Origin: Podarcis erhardii | Taxonomy: Eukaryota | DNA length: 64,000 bases | Strand: one strand, 5' to 3' | NCBI GenBank assembly: GCA_964252035.1 | Contig: OZ176200.1 | In this document: one piece after another, positions 13,072 to 26,225 of the stretch | Position numbering within the stretch: position 1 is the stretch's first letter | How the letters are laid out: every line of letters starts with the position of its first letter | Notes under the pieces: generated by a model | Seen by the model: only the letters and a program-made list of their open reading frames with translations | What the model was told of the DNA's origin: nothing | Database searches by the model: none | Made by a program: the position numbers and the translations under genes

Positions 13072-13263
13072 AATCACAGGGTTAGAAGATAAATATTAAA
13101 TACTAAGTGAATACACAAAAATGGGTACAAGTCCAAAACATCCATGCTTCCCAGACATTTACCCTCAGAAGCTCCTGACCTTGTTGATACATTAGGAACT
13201 TCAGGATAATAGGTACTAGATCACTATGCATTTGAAATGTTTGGGGTGGGCTTATGCTAGCCA

Positions 13264-13777
13264 CAGGGGCGCCGACTTATAAAAAATATTGGGGGGGGCG
13301 GGGGCCCATACCGACATAAAAAATATTGGGGGGGCCCAAGACCTCCAAACCGCTGCTGCTGGGGGAACGAAAGGGGCGAGCCCCGGGCTGCCCCGACCTT
13401 AAGTGAACCTGTGAGGGCCCGCCCTTTGCGGCAGCTGATTGGCTGCCGCCGTGGGCGGTGAATATTAATGAGCTAGGGGGAATCCCCGCTTCTCGCGGGG
13501 CTGACGCCAGCCCCGCGAGATTGTTGATGGGTCGAGAGCCCGCAACCCCACCCCCTCTCTAGATCGGGAGTGGCTTTGTTTTAACTCATTACTGAATGTA
13601 TTTTAAAAGGTAACTATCGTCAAACAAGGAAAATAAAAAATACCAACATAATTTTGTGATTTTACAAAGCATAATATAACTAATAATTTTTTTTAAATTA
13701 TTGGGGGGGCGGAGCCCCCCAAACGAATTTTTGAGGGGGCTCGGGCCCCCTCAGGCCCCATGGAGTCGGTGCCTATG
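13264..13777. mobile_element. hAT non-autonomous element, 514 bp, GC/CpG-rich
   Basis: TIRs CAGGGGCGCCGACT...AGTCGGTGCCTATG, a perfect 8-bp TSD GCTAGCCA, and internal hairpins. Confidence 0.88.
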
Positions 13778-14649
13778 GCTAGCCATCAACTTTAAAACAA
13801 AAATGATTTCCCCCTTGTGGAGCCACAGTTTGCAAGAGAGTGTTTACAGAGAGAGGGCAGTGGATATTTGCTGGAAAAAGAAATGGCAAAGAGAAAAAAG
13901 ATGGAACACAGGTGCTTGTTCAATAGTGCCAGTCATGCAGGAATGTTTTTTAGATCTGGGAGGACTTGATAACTGTGGAAGGGGAAATGCAACCAATTAA
14001 AACCAGTAAGAAGCAAACACACAATAGCCCTGCTACATACTGTACTGAAGCTTCACTCAAGCCCTGTCAGTTGAAAATAAATAGCAAGAACTACCCTGAG
14101 AATGTAACTGTAAGGACAAAGAGCCTAAAAAAAATCAACAGAGGAAAAGAAGTATTTTCAAAAGATTGTTTCAAAATGATTGAGCTTTATTAATGAGCTA
14201 TAATCTACCTTCTTTCAAAAAGAGCACTATTGTCCCTAGGAATTAGGATGGTGGGTGGGTTTGAATGTCTGTGTGCGAGAGAGAATCAGTATCAGGATGC
14301 AGATGAAATACTGTATAACTAGTTGTGGAATTTTATGAATATACTGGATTCAATTTTCACTCAAGATTCAACCAATTTAAAAATTATGTTTACAAGGCAA
14401 CTGTAACACGACCATTGGACTATTTGAACATATCATAATTTGCTCCCCTTTCGCTACACAAAAATGTATGTAATTAAACCTAAACCCAACCCTGCTTCAT
14501 TCATAATGAAACAAATTAGAAGCAAATTTACATGATGAAATGAATTAATTGGAAAGGAACCAAAATTTAATTGAGGGTGATTATTTTTCAAGCAGCTCAA
14601 TATAGGGTTGCTACACCCACCAGGTATAATAGTTTGATTTGCACAAAAG

Positions 14650-14800
14650 ACTAACCATGGTTTGTTTAGCCGAAGTGTGGTTTGTCTGAAGATCGAAACC
14701 CAACTTGGCTGACTAGCCATGGCTTGCTTTCTGGCAACAAATCACAATGGCCTGGTTCACATACCACATTAAACCACAGTTAAAATAAGTTTTGATTTAA
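14650..14800. repeat. Old palindromic repeat family (AAACCATGGTTT-rich), unclassified; related relics near 9030-9130, 29485-29735 and 49365-49690
   Basis: Recurrent degenerate AACCATGGTTT/AAACCACA motifs in the same arrangement at several loci. Confidence 0.5.
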
Positions 14801-14817
14801 TGTGAATGAGCAGTATG

Positions 14818-15075
14818 TGTTAAATTGTGGGTGAACATATCAGACGACACAGCGATTCTTCAAACAGATCTTGTTTATTCACAGGCCAGAACTGAACTGA
14901 ACTGAAGGGTTCAGTCAGCCTGCTCATATAGAGCTCCAGTACAACGTAACTGTAACAACTTTCTGTAACTATCCAATCACTGAATGTCACTTTCGATCCC
15001 TTATTTGCATATGTGGACCTGAACTATCTACTGTATCCCCCTGCTGGCCCAGTGTGAGAACTTCAGTACATAACA
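14818..15075 (-). mobile_element. Solo LTR, 258 bp
   Basis: TGTTA...TAACA termini with a perfect 5-bp TSD GTATG. On the minus strand the motifs run octamer, CCAAT, TATA-like, AATAAA, in U3-R order. Confidence 0.9.
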
Positions 15076-17856
15076 GTATGCTAGTGCATACTGCTGAAAT
15101 TGTGGGTGCTCCACTCCTTTGCTGCACCGAGGAGAAAACAACCCACAGTGCGGATTGCTATTATATCTGATCCGAGGCTTGTGGTTTGTTTTCCTCAAAA
15201 CTTACCCTGAGTGGTGAGCCAAGAACCAGGGCCAGCACATCCATGAGACAGGCTGAAGCAGCTTCCCAAACTGCCACTGCATAAGTGATGCCTGCGTTGG
15301 TGCTGACTTCCAGAAAGATTTCACTGAAATCTCGCAAGATCTTGCCAGAAGTTGGCAGGATTGCCGCTGCTTCGCGCCACCGCCGTGCAACCTAAGCAAG
15401 GGCTGCTTTGGCGGGGGCGGCACAGCACTTCTCATTTTGCCTCAAGCGGTGAAATGGGACACACTGCCCCTGCCAAGAACAAACCTTGGCTTCCAATCAT
15501 GATTTTTCTTTTTGAAGAGAAACAAGCCACAAAGTTCAGAAGCACAGAACAAGCCACATTGTGGGTTTTTTCCCCTTTTCTTTCTGGAGTGGCAGCAGGA
15601 GTTGGAGAAGAGTGAAGTTCACCCTATTTCAGCAACGTGCACCAGCATCTGTTGGAGTAGTAGGCTCTAGCTTATGTCACAACAAACCAGTTAAGTCTGT
15701 AAGTTGCCACAAAACTCTGTTGTTTCTAATCCATGTGCTTTTGGACTATGTTCTTAGAGTGGAGGTGTGAGGGAGCCATGCATAATTTCTACAATAAGGT
15801 GCTTGAGGTGGAGCTCAAGCCAGTATCGGAGGCCTTAAATCTAAGTTTAAATCAGCTCCTTAAAACCGTGTTTGCCAGGGCAGGTTGAAGTTTCTCAGTG
15901 GTGAGTAATGAAACTCTCTACATAGGCATATTTTTAAAGAGGAGGTGGGAAGTGGAGGCATAAAATGAACATGGTTAAAAGGAAAAATGGGCAGATCTGC
16001 AAGTTCAAGACCAACCACACCTGCAAATACAGGTTGTTGTTTTTCTACTTTCATCACTCATTCACCCAAAAGTTCACAGAAATGTGCAGCAAATTCAAAC
16101 TGCCTCTAGAAACATCACCTTGATTCCAGTTCTCAATTAACTGGGCATCTTTCTTCACTTGTACACCTTAACTGTAAGTCATTTGATGCTATATGAATTT
16201 ATTCCAGAACTGCTGAGGAATAAAAATAAAGCCTCTCTCCAATAGGTTTCAATTAAAAGTGTAATCAAACATCCTAACTTCCATGATAATTATAATTAAC
16301 TTAAATTAATATATATCACTAAGTGGTAACAGATAAATTGGCAGCCTAGGGATTTCAATGCAAACAATTATCTCTTGCATGGGGAATGGAGAGGTTACTG
16401 CAATTTTAACAAATAAAATCAGAGAGGCAAATCATTTAATGAAGACTTCATGAAGACAAGAGCTGGAATATTTGCATCCGCACAACTGTGAGTGCTTAAA
16501 ACCAAGTTTAGAATGCAGTGAAGCAAAGTGATGAGGGCATTTTGTAATGAGGACCCAAGTGCCTTACACAGGTTGCTAACTGCATGTATCACTGCTGGTT
16601 TCCATGAATGCACATATATAGGATTCTGCACAAACAATGCCAACACTGAGAGCACTTGCAGCCCAGTGTAGAAAGGTTCCTGCTGCACAAAACCATTTTA
16701 TTTTGTAATGTGTCACTTGTGAATATCAACTAAAGATAGACTAGGGGTGCTTGAGGAATTTGTTCTTCCCTAATTTCGACACTAACCTAATCTGCACCAT
16801 TTAGAATCTTTTGGATTTTGCACTTCTTGGAATTTTGTGGTGCAGTTCTCAGCTCAAAAATGATTGTGGTGAAACTATGTACTTTAGGATAAAATACATT
16901 TGGAAATGCGTTCTGAGATAATATTTTTAAAATGCGTATTTTGTGAGAAATACTATTTTTGTATGATTAAAAGGGGGACCAGATCAATGAAAAAAACAGG
17001 TTAGGATATGAAAGCATTTGACATTGACACACACCAGGAGGAGACTGATGCACCCATCCATAATCAAGAACCATTTCTGCAAATCAAATGTACCAGTTAA
17101 TGCCATTTTTTAATTCACCACTACAGATACCGGAAATGCCAAAACCAATTTAAAACATTGCTTGTTAAAATAGCTTGAGGCAGTCAGCTTCACAGAAATA
17201 ATTATTTTGGGTGTTTTTGAAAGCCGTTTCGAAGGAGAGGTTGAAAGGTGCATTTTAAGGACACTCAAACTCTTATCTGATGGATTAAAACAACGGCAAA
17301 ATATATTGATGTGAGACAGGAAACACTGTAAAAGTTAATAAACCATCAACTACAATGATTAAGTATATGGAGAAGCAATTCCATATGTTATGTGAGAAGC
17401 TGCAAGAGTTTAGTGACCTTGCATCATTTATTTAGCTAAGTGATTTCAAAATTCAAGGAATGATTTTCCTCACATGTCCAGTTCCTCTAAAAGGAGCAGA
17501 GTCTTCTGCCTCGCCAAAAACGGTGCATGCACTGTGCTCAAAATGCTTTCACACACTATGAAAAACAGTGGATTGACCTAAAGCAAGAAGGGCTCTTGGG
17601 GTGATTTCACTACAGATAAAACCTGTAAACCAAAATCCAATTATTCATCAAGCGCTGGATGGATGATAGGAATCCCTGGCTAGGGACCAATTTATACTGC
17701 ATGGATTTCCATTATGAGGTTCTTGTATAGTTATACCGTATGAATGACGGGTGATGTGGGAACAACACATCAGCTATAAAGGGAAACACAAACATCCATA
17801 ACTTTAGGGACCACTGCAGTGTGATGGTCAGCACCATTTCTAAAATGCACATCCTC

Positions 17857-18350
17857 TTGTAGGGAAAGACCTGCCCAAAAAGTTGAAAAACATCTTCATG
17901 TATGCGACAACGGCCGCGAGAGTTCTGGTAGCACAAGGATGGAAGACTGAAGAAATCCCAAGAATCATGGCAAGAAAAATTGATGGATTATGCAGAACTG
18001 GCAAAATTGACACATAAGCTACGGGACAAGGATAACTGTGACTTTAAGGATGGATGGGAACCTTTCACAAAGTATTTGAAGACGCAACAAAGTGAACTGC
18101 ACTCCTTGGCAGGTTTTGAATAAACATCCACAATTTTTTACTGGATAATAATTAGCTAAACAGTTGGAGGATCTATACAACTCTGTAACATGCAGAAAAT
18201 AGCATTATTGGAGAAACCAAAGACTGGAACCTATTGAAGTTGGGGGGTGGGGTGGGGGGAGGAAAAATGGGGGGGGGAATAAGGATATGTTTTTGGAAAA
18301 TATGTTTTGTTATAACTTTGAATAAAAAAAATTAAAAAATAAAATAAAAA
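17857..18350 (+). mobile_element. L1-clade LINE, 5'-truncated 3' fragment
   Basis: ORF2 C-terminal remnant LPKKLKNIFMYATTAARVLVAQGWK...WQEKLMDYAELAKL, a G-rich 3' UTR and an A-rich tail. 16-bp TSD TAAAATGCACATCCTC (17841-17856 and 18351-18366). Confidence 0.92.
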
Positions 18351-18589
18351 TAAAATGCACATCCTCATCAGGATTATGTTGGTGGCATTGGTGGTGTTGG
18401 TGGTGCTGGTGCCCACTTGGCACTGACCTGTGAAAGCACCTTCTTAGTAAGGGTTCCCTGTTTACAGAATGCCCTCTCTAGTGAGGTGCACCTGGAACAC
18501 TTCCTCTTCACCCAGGAATTTCAAGGCTGAAATATACTGTTACTTGCAACCTAGAAAACAATAGATGTGAGGGTATGTACCAGTAACTG

Positions 18590-18720
18590 TTTTTAAATGT
18601 CCATATGCTTTTTTAATGTTTTTATTCATTTACTTTTAAAGATTGTATTGTTGCTGCTGTCGTGTTGCCCTGGGCTTCTTTGGCAGGATCAAAACTTAAC
18701 AAATAAACCAGGAATGTTTG
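18590..18720 (+). mobile_element. LINE (L2-like) 3' tail
   Basis: T-rich segment, then GTTGCCCTGGGCTTCTTTGG...AAATAAA, resembling the other L2 tails here. Confidence 0.45.
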
Positions 18721-19424
18721 CAAGAATTAGAACTGTCAAATCCAAAGAAAATAAAATAAAGGAAATTACTGTATATTCCACTAAATCAGTGACTTGTTCC
18801 ACTGTATCCTGATCTTACAAGTAATTCAAGTAAGCCCTGGGAACTATTTTTGCTTGGCTAATCAAGATGGGACCAAGGGACAAGTCAAAGAACAGCCTCC
18901 ACGCAGCTGCATGCCCATGTGAAGCCATTACTACAAATTCAATATAATGAACTGCTTATTCTTTGCAAATCAACACATCACTTAAGGAGGATAGTGCAGG
19001 CCAAACTGAAAGCAGATCAGGGGTAGCAGTTTCATATAAACAAAACATGACTATAAATATCGCATAATTGCAAGATTATGCAATATGGACACCACCAGTT
19101 GAATCACTCATATAGCACGCTCATAAAAAGGCATGATCAGTCACAGAAGCCCATCATGTGACTAGACCATATGTGGTGTATGGAAGTTTAGTAAGAAATC
19201 CGTCAGATATGGAGTGATATTCAAGGAACTACCACAGAGAATCATCACTTATCTGGAACAAGCTCAGTTATATACAAAATTCATTTGTTAAAATGGGTTT
19301 ACACAACATGACCCCAGTGGGCTTTTCCTTCTTTACACAGGAGTTAAGTCTGGGCTTCCAGCAGCCAGTCTGGGCTTCCATTAATACCCCAGAACTACCA
19401 TGAAGGCACTGCATAACCTTAAGC

Positions 19425-19482
19425 GTGGTGATGAAATGTGAATGTGGTGATGAAATGTGAATGTGGTGATGAAATGTGAATG
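19425..19482. repeat. Perfect 19-bp minisatellite x3 (GTGGTGATGAAATGTGAAT)
   Basis: Three identical units, read directly. Confidence 0.95.
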
Positions 19483-20166
19483 CAGTCTTACTGGAAGTGA
19501 TGTTTCATGAAAAATCACAAGGCAATAGCCAATTCACTCATAAAAGAATGTAACTTTCTGCTTAATGGGAATGTATGGGTTACAATGCAGTCCAAGCTGA
19601 TAGCCCCAAAAGGATGACGTCACACGGTCAAGCCAATTAAGGAATGGACTGGGGACTAAAGAAGAAAGCACACCCCAATTCCCCAAAGCAGTTTCTGTAT
19701 GGGGTGGGGGAAAGCACCCCTTGGAAGCCAGGAGAGGCGTTCGATACAGAATTAGAATATATCACTCCCTCTAATGGCAAACTCAGGCTGGCCATATCCA
19801 GGGCTTCTTTTCAGCCGGAACTCAGTTCTGGTACCTCTCAGGTGGGCGCCATTGCCAATCTAAGATAATTAGGGAGATGTTCGTGGTGAGTGAACTAGAA
19901 AAATAGCACTGGCCATGTCTATGGTTTTGTCAGAAAAATGGCCCCAACAAGAAGCACGAGAGGGGGTGTCTCTGAATGCTAGATGAGTCCTGAGGGTTGC
20001 AGAAATTAAAATTATAAAACGAAAACAAGAAAGGGCCAACCACCATCAATGGCAAAAGCAAGAGCTTTTACACAAAATCTTTGCCTTCCTTCTGTGCCTC
20101 CTCCCTCAAAGGTCCAGAGGACAGCAAAACGAGAACAGGCATTTTCTGCGGTGTTTCCTCGCTTGA

Positions 20167-20345
20167 ACCAGGCAAAAAATTTCCTCTTCTCCCAGGCCTT
20201 CGGCTAATTATGGCTTTTTAAGCTGTGTTGGGGGCTTATTGTTTTCATTTGTTACAATGGTATATATGTTTGTGTTTTTATATTGTAAACCGCCCTGTGA
20301 TCCTCGGACGAAGGGTGGTGTAGAAATTTAATAAATATACATAAA
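20167..20345 (+). mobile_element. L2 LINE 3' end
   Basis: CCAGGCAAAAAATTTCCTCTTCTCCCAGGCCTT...TGTAAACCGCCCTGTGATCCTCGGACGAAGGGTGG...AATAAA. Confidence 0.72.
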
Positions 20346-21390
20346 AATGCTAAGGCATTTTGCAGAGGGAGGGAGCATGTGTATCTAACTATTAGCAATT
20401 AGCATTGGCTTGTTTTGTTTGTAGCTAAATGCATTATAATCTGAAATAATTGGTTATGGCTATCATTGGTGCACTCTGCTGCTTTTAATTAAATTACACC
20501 AGAAAAAAAATCTGAATTAGTCCATGCATTAAGAAGGAACACCTAACAAGTGATACATGCAACAAAAACAACACCAACCAGGAAGCAGGGGCTATATAAT
20601 TTCTTAAATTATACACTTAAATTATGGGAACACTTATCTTCTAACGGGGCAGTCATGCATGAATCAACTCAGAATAAAATTCTACTGAGTTCAATGGAAC
20701 ATACTCTCCAAAAAGTGGGTATACGGTCACAGTCAAAGGCTTGCATTTTAAAATGGTCTTAAAATCTTTTTAGAATGGTTCAGTGGAGGAGTTGCACTTC
20801 TGAAAAGTTTGTTCATAGGAACAGTTTCATAGGTTATTCTGAACCAAAAATCTTTGGAGTAGAACCAGAAAGGTGAGACAAAAAATCTTAATGTTTGCCA
20901 AAACATAGGACAGTTCTCTGTTTCGAAGGTGTCATCTATTTGAGGGCTGTCTAGTCCAAGTCTGGTTTAAACTATAAAAAAGAACAGAAGGAGCCTTGAA
21001 GTTGCCCATCAAATTAGCAGCACACAAGACACCCAGTGTTTTCCCTATTATGTGCAGTATTTCTATTTAAAATACAGTAATTATTTCTAAATTTGCACCT
21101 ACACGTTTACATTGCCATATGCAAGCTTTATGCAAATTAGTGTCCTCCTTCACTCTGTTTTTTAATTATGCAAATCGTGTTTTTGACTAGGAAGGCCGAA
21201 AAAGAGAAAGGGAGAAGTCAATGCTGCCCCTCACTTAAAATAATAAGTCACCTAAATTAATAAACCCATTTTAAGAGATAGTTATGTGTGTTTGTTACAA
21301 ATGTTTGAAAATGACCCTCAGATGTAAACATGCATGCATATCTGAAACTAGAGTTGAACTAAGAGGGGACTTACATTTCTTTCAGAAGTA

Positions 21391-21616
21391 CAGTGGCACC
21401 TTGGGTTACATACACTTCAGGTTACAGACTCCGCTAACCCAGAAATATTACCTCGGGTTAAGAACTTTGCTTCAGGATGAGAACAGAAATTGGGCTCCGG
21501 TGGCGCGGCAGCAGCGGGAGGCCCCATTAGCTAAAGTGGTGCTTCAGGTTAAGAACAGTTTCAGGTTAAGAACGGACCTCTGGAATGAATTAAGTACTTA
21601 ACCAGAGGTACCACTG
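21391..21616. mobile_element. Tc1/mariner MITE, 226 bp
   Basis: Same family as 1445, with a TA TSD. It lacks one 16-bp internal GTTACATACGCTTCAG unit. Confidence 0.9.
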
Positions 21617-22689
21617 TATTTACTTCTGAAACTTTCAGCTCCTAAGTGAGCTACTGAGGAAGCTGTAACCAGAAATTACAGGGTTTCTATTTGGCAATGA
21701 ATGGCAAGAGGAAGACATGAAATCATGAAGCTGTGTTCTGCACCTCCAAGGCTGACCTTGATTTCCAAATTATGACTGACATTTAAGAGACCAATGTCTG
21801 TTTCATGTTCCCACTTTTCCACATGAACTCTGCAAAACCTGTGGATCCTGTTGCAACACCAGTAGTTATTCTTTTTAAAATTCTGCTGTGCAATCAGCTT
21901 GTGGGGATGGGAAGAAAGGAGAATAAGATAGGGGCAGGGATTGCACCAACCAGCTGTGTACAGACAGTGGGGAAGATACAAGCATCATTCTGTAATCCAA
22001 CCATATGTTCCACTTCTAGAAGAACACATACTTTTCATTGTAGTACTGAAAGTTAGGGGGGGATAGACAGCACAGAAGTTCGGGGTTCAGATCCACCCCC
22101 CAATACCAGTTATCTGTTCCCATTTATAACTGCTGCAGTGTTTTAACTCCTCAATTTATTTTTAAGGTGGTTTATTTAGCTTTTAGAAGTGTCTTTATAT
22201 TTGCTGCTGCTGCTTAATTATTATTTTTTAACTGTGGCTTTGCATTTGTTTTACTTTGTATGTTGCCCAGATAACTTCCATAACAAGGCAACTGGCAAAG
22301 CTAAAGAAATGAATAGCCAAAAGCAAACGTTACACAACACCCAGGAAGTCATTTTGGCTAAACGAAGCAGACTGGAAAGCCAATGGACCCCAATAAAATG
22401 CTTCAAAGTTTTTACTAGTTCTGATAAATGAGTTTACATCAGAAGTCATCTTCAGAAATAGCTGAATTCATTCCCTGTGTACAAAATCCATACTTATTAG
22501 CGGCAAAGGTACAAAACGGACGCAGTTGCTACTGATTTATGACAACCCACTGCCACAGAAACATTTCATCACAGCACGGCAGAGTCAGTGATTTGTAGTC
22601 AGGAAATCAAAACTCCAATCCACGCAAGAATGAACAAGCCAGTGAGGATTATTGCAGCAAAGAAAACAAAATCCACTTGGGTGTGGGGT

Positions 22690-22691
<2 letters not shown>

Positions 22692-22758
<67 letters not shown>
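22692..22758. repeat. Compound microsatellite (GT)n(GA)n
   Basis: Read directly. Confidence 0.95.
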
Positions 22759-22761
<3 letters not shown>

Positions 22762-23404
22762 ACCAGGGTTACATTTAGGGGCGGGCACCCCCTGAAAACA
22801 CTTGCTTGGAATCCAAATTCCACTCTATTATATATTCACAACTCAAACTTTCACTAAAACAGCAGCCTCTGTTTTAAAAACTTAATGTTGATGGAGTGGC
22901 CGTGAACTCTGCATCCCTAAGTGCAAAACGCCTGCATCCATACAAACCAGCTTAAATCAACACTCAGCCTTCTCTGTAAATGCATTATCAATGGGGAGAC
23001 ATCTAGCAGCTTAATATCTTACAACCAAAATGTGTTTTGTGGAGATAGTGCAGGGAGTGAAAACATCAACGGAATCTTAGATTATTTGACTCCTTTTGTG
23101 TTGCTTTTATCATTACATGGCTTCTTATGAAGTCACATTCCTCCCCTAAGTGCCCTTGCTTTTAGCAAGGGCTGTTTCTTTGTCCACATGTTTTTTCTGG
23201 AGTATCTTTATATATGGATTATGGCACTGCGAGAGTTTTTGGCAGAACTAAAAAAAAAGATATTGGTATGCATGCACCAAGTACCAAATTGAAATATACA
23301 CGGAGTCCTGTAGCAATTTCATGCTCTTTATTGCAGTTTGTAAAACAGTGATTTAATTGTCCCCCAAACCTCAGGCTTTTATATACATTATTTACACAAT
23401 GAGT

Positions 23405-23600
23405 CCTGTCTGATTGGCTGGTTCTGCTTCCCTGCTGGAGCCTGATTGGTCTTTTCCTGCAGGCCAATCAGTTGTTGCATTCTATGATCCTACCAGCCTA
23501 ATGGGCTGAATAACTTCCTGGAGCCTGATTGGTCTTTTCCTGCTAGCCAATCAGTTGTTGCATTCTAGGATCCTACTTGCTTATTGTTCTAGGATCCAAG
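23405..23600. repeat. Two ~58-bp direct repeats (period 83) rich in CCAAT/ATTGG
   Basis: CTGGAGCCTGATTGGTCTTTTCCTGC..GCCAATCAGTTGTTGCATTCTA.GATCCTAC at 23435 and 23518. Confidence 0.85.
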
Positions 23601-24365
23601 CTTAGTGCATAACACAAATGAAGAAGAGAGGGTTTATATACTGCAAGGATCCATGGAGAGTGTTCATTGTGGGATCCATGTCAGCAATAGACCAGCAACT
23701 TGGGTTTTTGCCCCCATTTTGTCTTCCAAAATGCAACTCTCTGGTTTTCCCAACAGAATTAATGAGGTCCATTAACTTACACCACTAAGATAAACCTTAA
23801 TCCTGCCCCTTCTGATCTCATTCACTGAGAATCAAACCCACTCCGCCCTGTAGTTTAGGTCATGCTAAGCCCTACATGGGTATTCTCTCCATACAACAGT
23901 AAACACGAGAGAGGGAAAGGGCGGCCATGCCTGCTAGTCCCATAGCCTAACCTCCTGGCATCCACACACTGGGGGAGGGAAGGTCTACAAAGAGGAGCTG
24001 TTATACACACATAGCACCCCCATTATAAAAAAAGAGTGGGACACCTGACCGATACTAGATTTGGCATGTGGAACTGAACCTAGTTCTCCCTGGATTCTTA
24101 AGTCCAGCGCTGGACTTGTGGCTCTTACAAGCACCAAGAACTCAGTTACAATACCAAATAAAGGCATTCACTATATCCAGAGCCCTTAACAAATGCTGCA
24201 TCCAATCAGTCTTGATTAAATCAAACATCAGCACTTCTTCATTGACAAAGCAAAGTTATGTTTAAGAAAACTAATGTATGCTCATAAAAGGGGGCATAAA
24301 AAAATAAACATTTCAGCCTTCCTAGATATTCTGTAAAGAAACTTCAGAAGATTCAGTCCGTTTCT

Positions 24366-24580
24366 TGAGAGCTAACGTGGTGGAGACAGCTGAAGGGGCT
24401 GAACCTGGGAGATCAAGGGTTCAAATCTCTACTCAACTATCAAGCTCACTTGGTGACCTAGGGCCAGTCATTGTCTCTCAGCCTAACCTACTTCATAGGG
24501 TTTTGATGAGGATAAAATTAGGATGGAAGAGCTATATATGCCACCATCAGCTCCTTAGAGGAAAGGTGGGTTGTAAATGT
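24366..24580 (+). mobile_element. tRNA-derived Squam3/MIR-like SINE, degenerate
   Basis: B-box-like GGGTTCAAATC, a GGTGACCTAGGGCCAGTCA core and an L2-like tail. Confidence 0.65.
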
Positions 24581-26149
24581 AACATAGAGACGTGCAATAG
24601 TTCAGAAGGAATTCATTGTATAAACCAGCGACTGCAGATCCCATGTCATTATAAAGACTGAACTGATTATTTATCATTATATATTCCTAATTTTTCCAAG
24701 TAATTCCAAAATTCAGGTTACTATTCCTTGGAGGGAAAGGAGGCGTAGTTGAGAGTAAACATTGATCCAGTTCACATGTGCCAACAAAGACTGGTTTGGA
24801 ACTGTGTAAGAGAGCACTCCCTCCTAACATCCCATGATAAGTCACTTTGCAGGGTTGGATGTAACTGCAGGGTATAGTTTGTGCTAAGCAGGGAATATGA
24901 CTCTGAACATACAAGTGAAGGAGGGAACAAACAAGATTTTTAGCATGGGTTGGAGGACTAGGAAGGCTATGCCCTGAACCTGTTGCACTAACTGCTTAGC
25001 TTTGCTTATTGCCAGCAGTTTAACCTCTGACACATGAAGAAATGTGGTAAGAAGGATTATGCTACTGCAACCCAGTGCATATTTACTGAAAATTATGTAC
25101 AGTACCACTGAATTCAGTGGGGATTACTCTCAAGTATCTGTGCACAGGATCACAGCCTCATACCTGCAATGTGGTCCAAATCTTGTTGAATCAGAAGTGC
25201 TACTGAATGCAATGCGATGTACTCCCTAGCATGCTTCCTAGTGCACAGCTTTGATCTCTCTCCATAGGTATATCAAGCACCAACTACCACATCACAATCA
25301 CAACAAGGCAAGTCTTGGTGTATCCCGCACGAATCTAACTCACCTCTTTTATATATGTCACAATTTTTTAAAGGGTTTCAAAAAATGAGTTTTGTCAACT
25401 CTACTGACAGTGGTCAAATTCAAGAGTTCATAGCCGAAAAAGACTTTAACAAATGCATCTCTGCCACACTTGATGTGGCACGTGCACGGAAAAATCCCGC
25501 TACCAGTTTGCTACCATCTAGTTCACACATACTGTGGGAAAATGGAGAGCCTGAATTTCTAGGCCCTTCGGCCTGGTATCATGTGCTCAACCTATTACGT
25601 TTTTTTAAGAGAAAAACTGTTGCCAGCCTGAATACATTTGCCTAAATTTTTTACTCAAGTTGCTGCCGACTGCATAGATCCTAATTTACTAACAGCAGTA
25701 GCATAGGCCAGTTTATAACAGTGAATGCAAAACATCAATCTTTAAAAATACAAGTAGCTAAATTAGTTTTATGGCACTTGCCATAAAGACAGAATGAAGA
25801 ACATTCCTATTTCAGCTGGACATAGCCTGGTCCAAAGCTTTAGGGCTCATCCACACTTCCTTTTGCACCATGTTTCTAGGCATCAATCCATATCCAAGCG
25901 GTTTGTTTGTCCCAGTGGTTTATCCCAGGTTTTACCACTGAATCACATTTTCCACAGTTTGCCATTTGCTCCAATTCAGCAGTGAAATGTGGCTTTTCAC
26001 GGGGAAAGCACCAGGACACAAAAAAGCAACTACTCAAACACGAACCCAGAAAGTCCAGACCTGCACCTAGAAAGGTAAGTGTAGGTGAGCACTTATAACC
26101 TCATTTCCGAAAAGCTGAGACACTGGGAATTAATGACAAGACACACTGG

Positions 26150-26225
26150 GATATAGGAATCTGCCAAATCAGGCCATTGGTCTGTTTAGTTCAGTATTGT
26201 CTACACTGACTGGCAGCAGCTCTTC
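26150..26225 (-). mobile_element. CR1 LINE 3' UTR remnant
   Basis: CAGGCCATTGGTCTGTTTAGTTCAGTATTGTCTACACTGACTGGCAGC resembles squamate CR1 3' ends, from memory. Confidence 0.45.
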
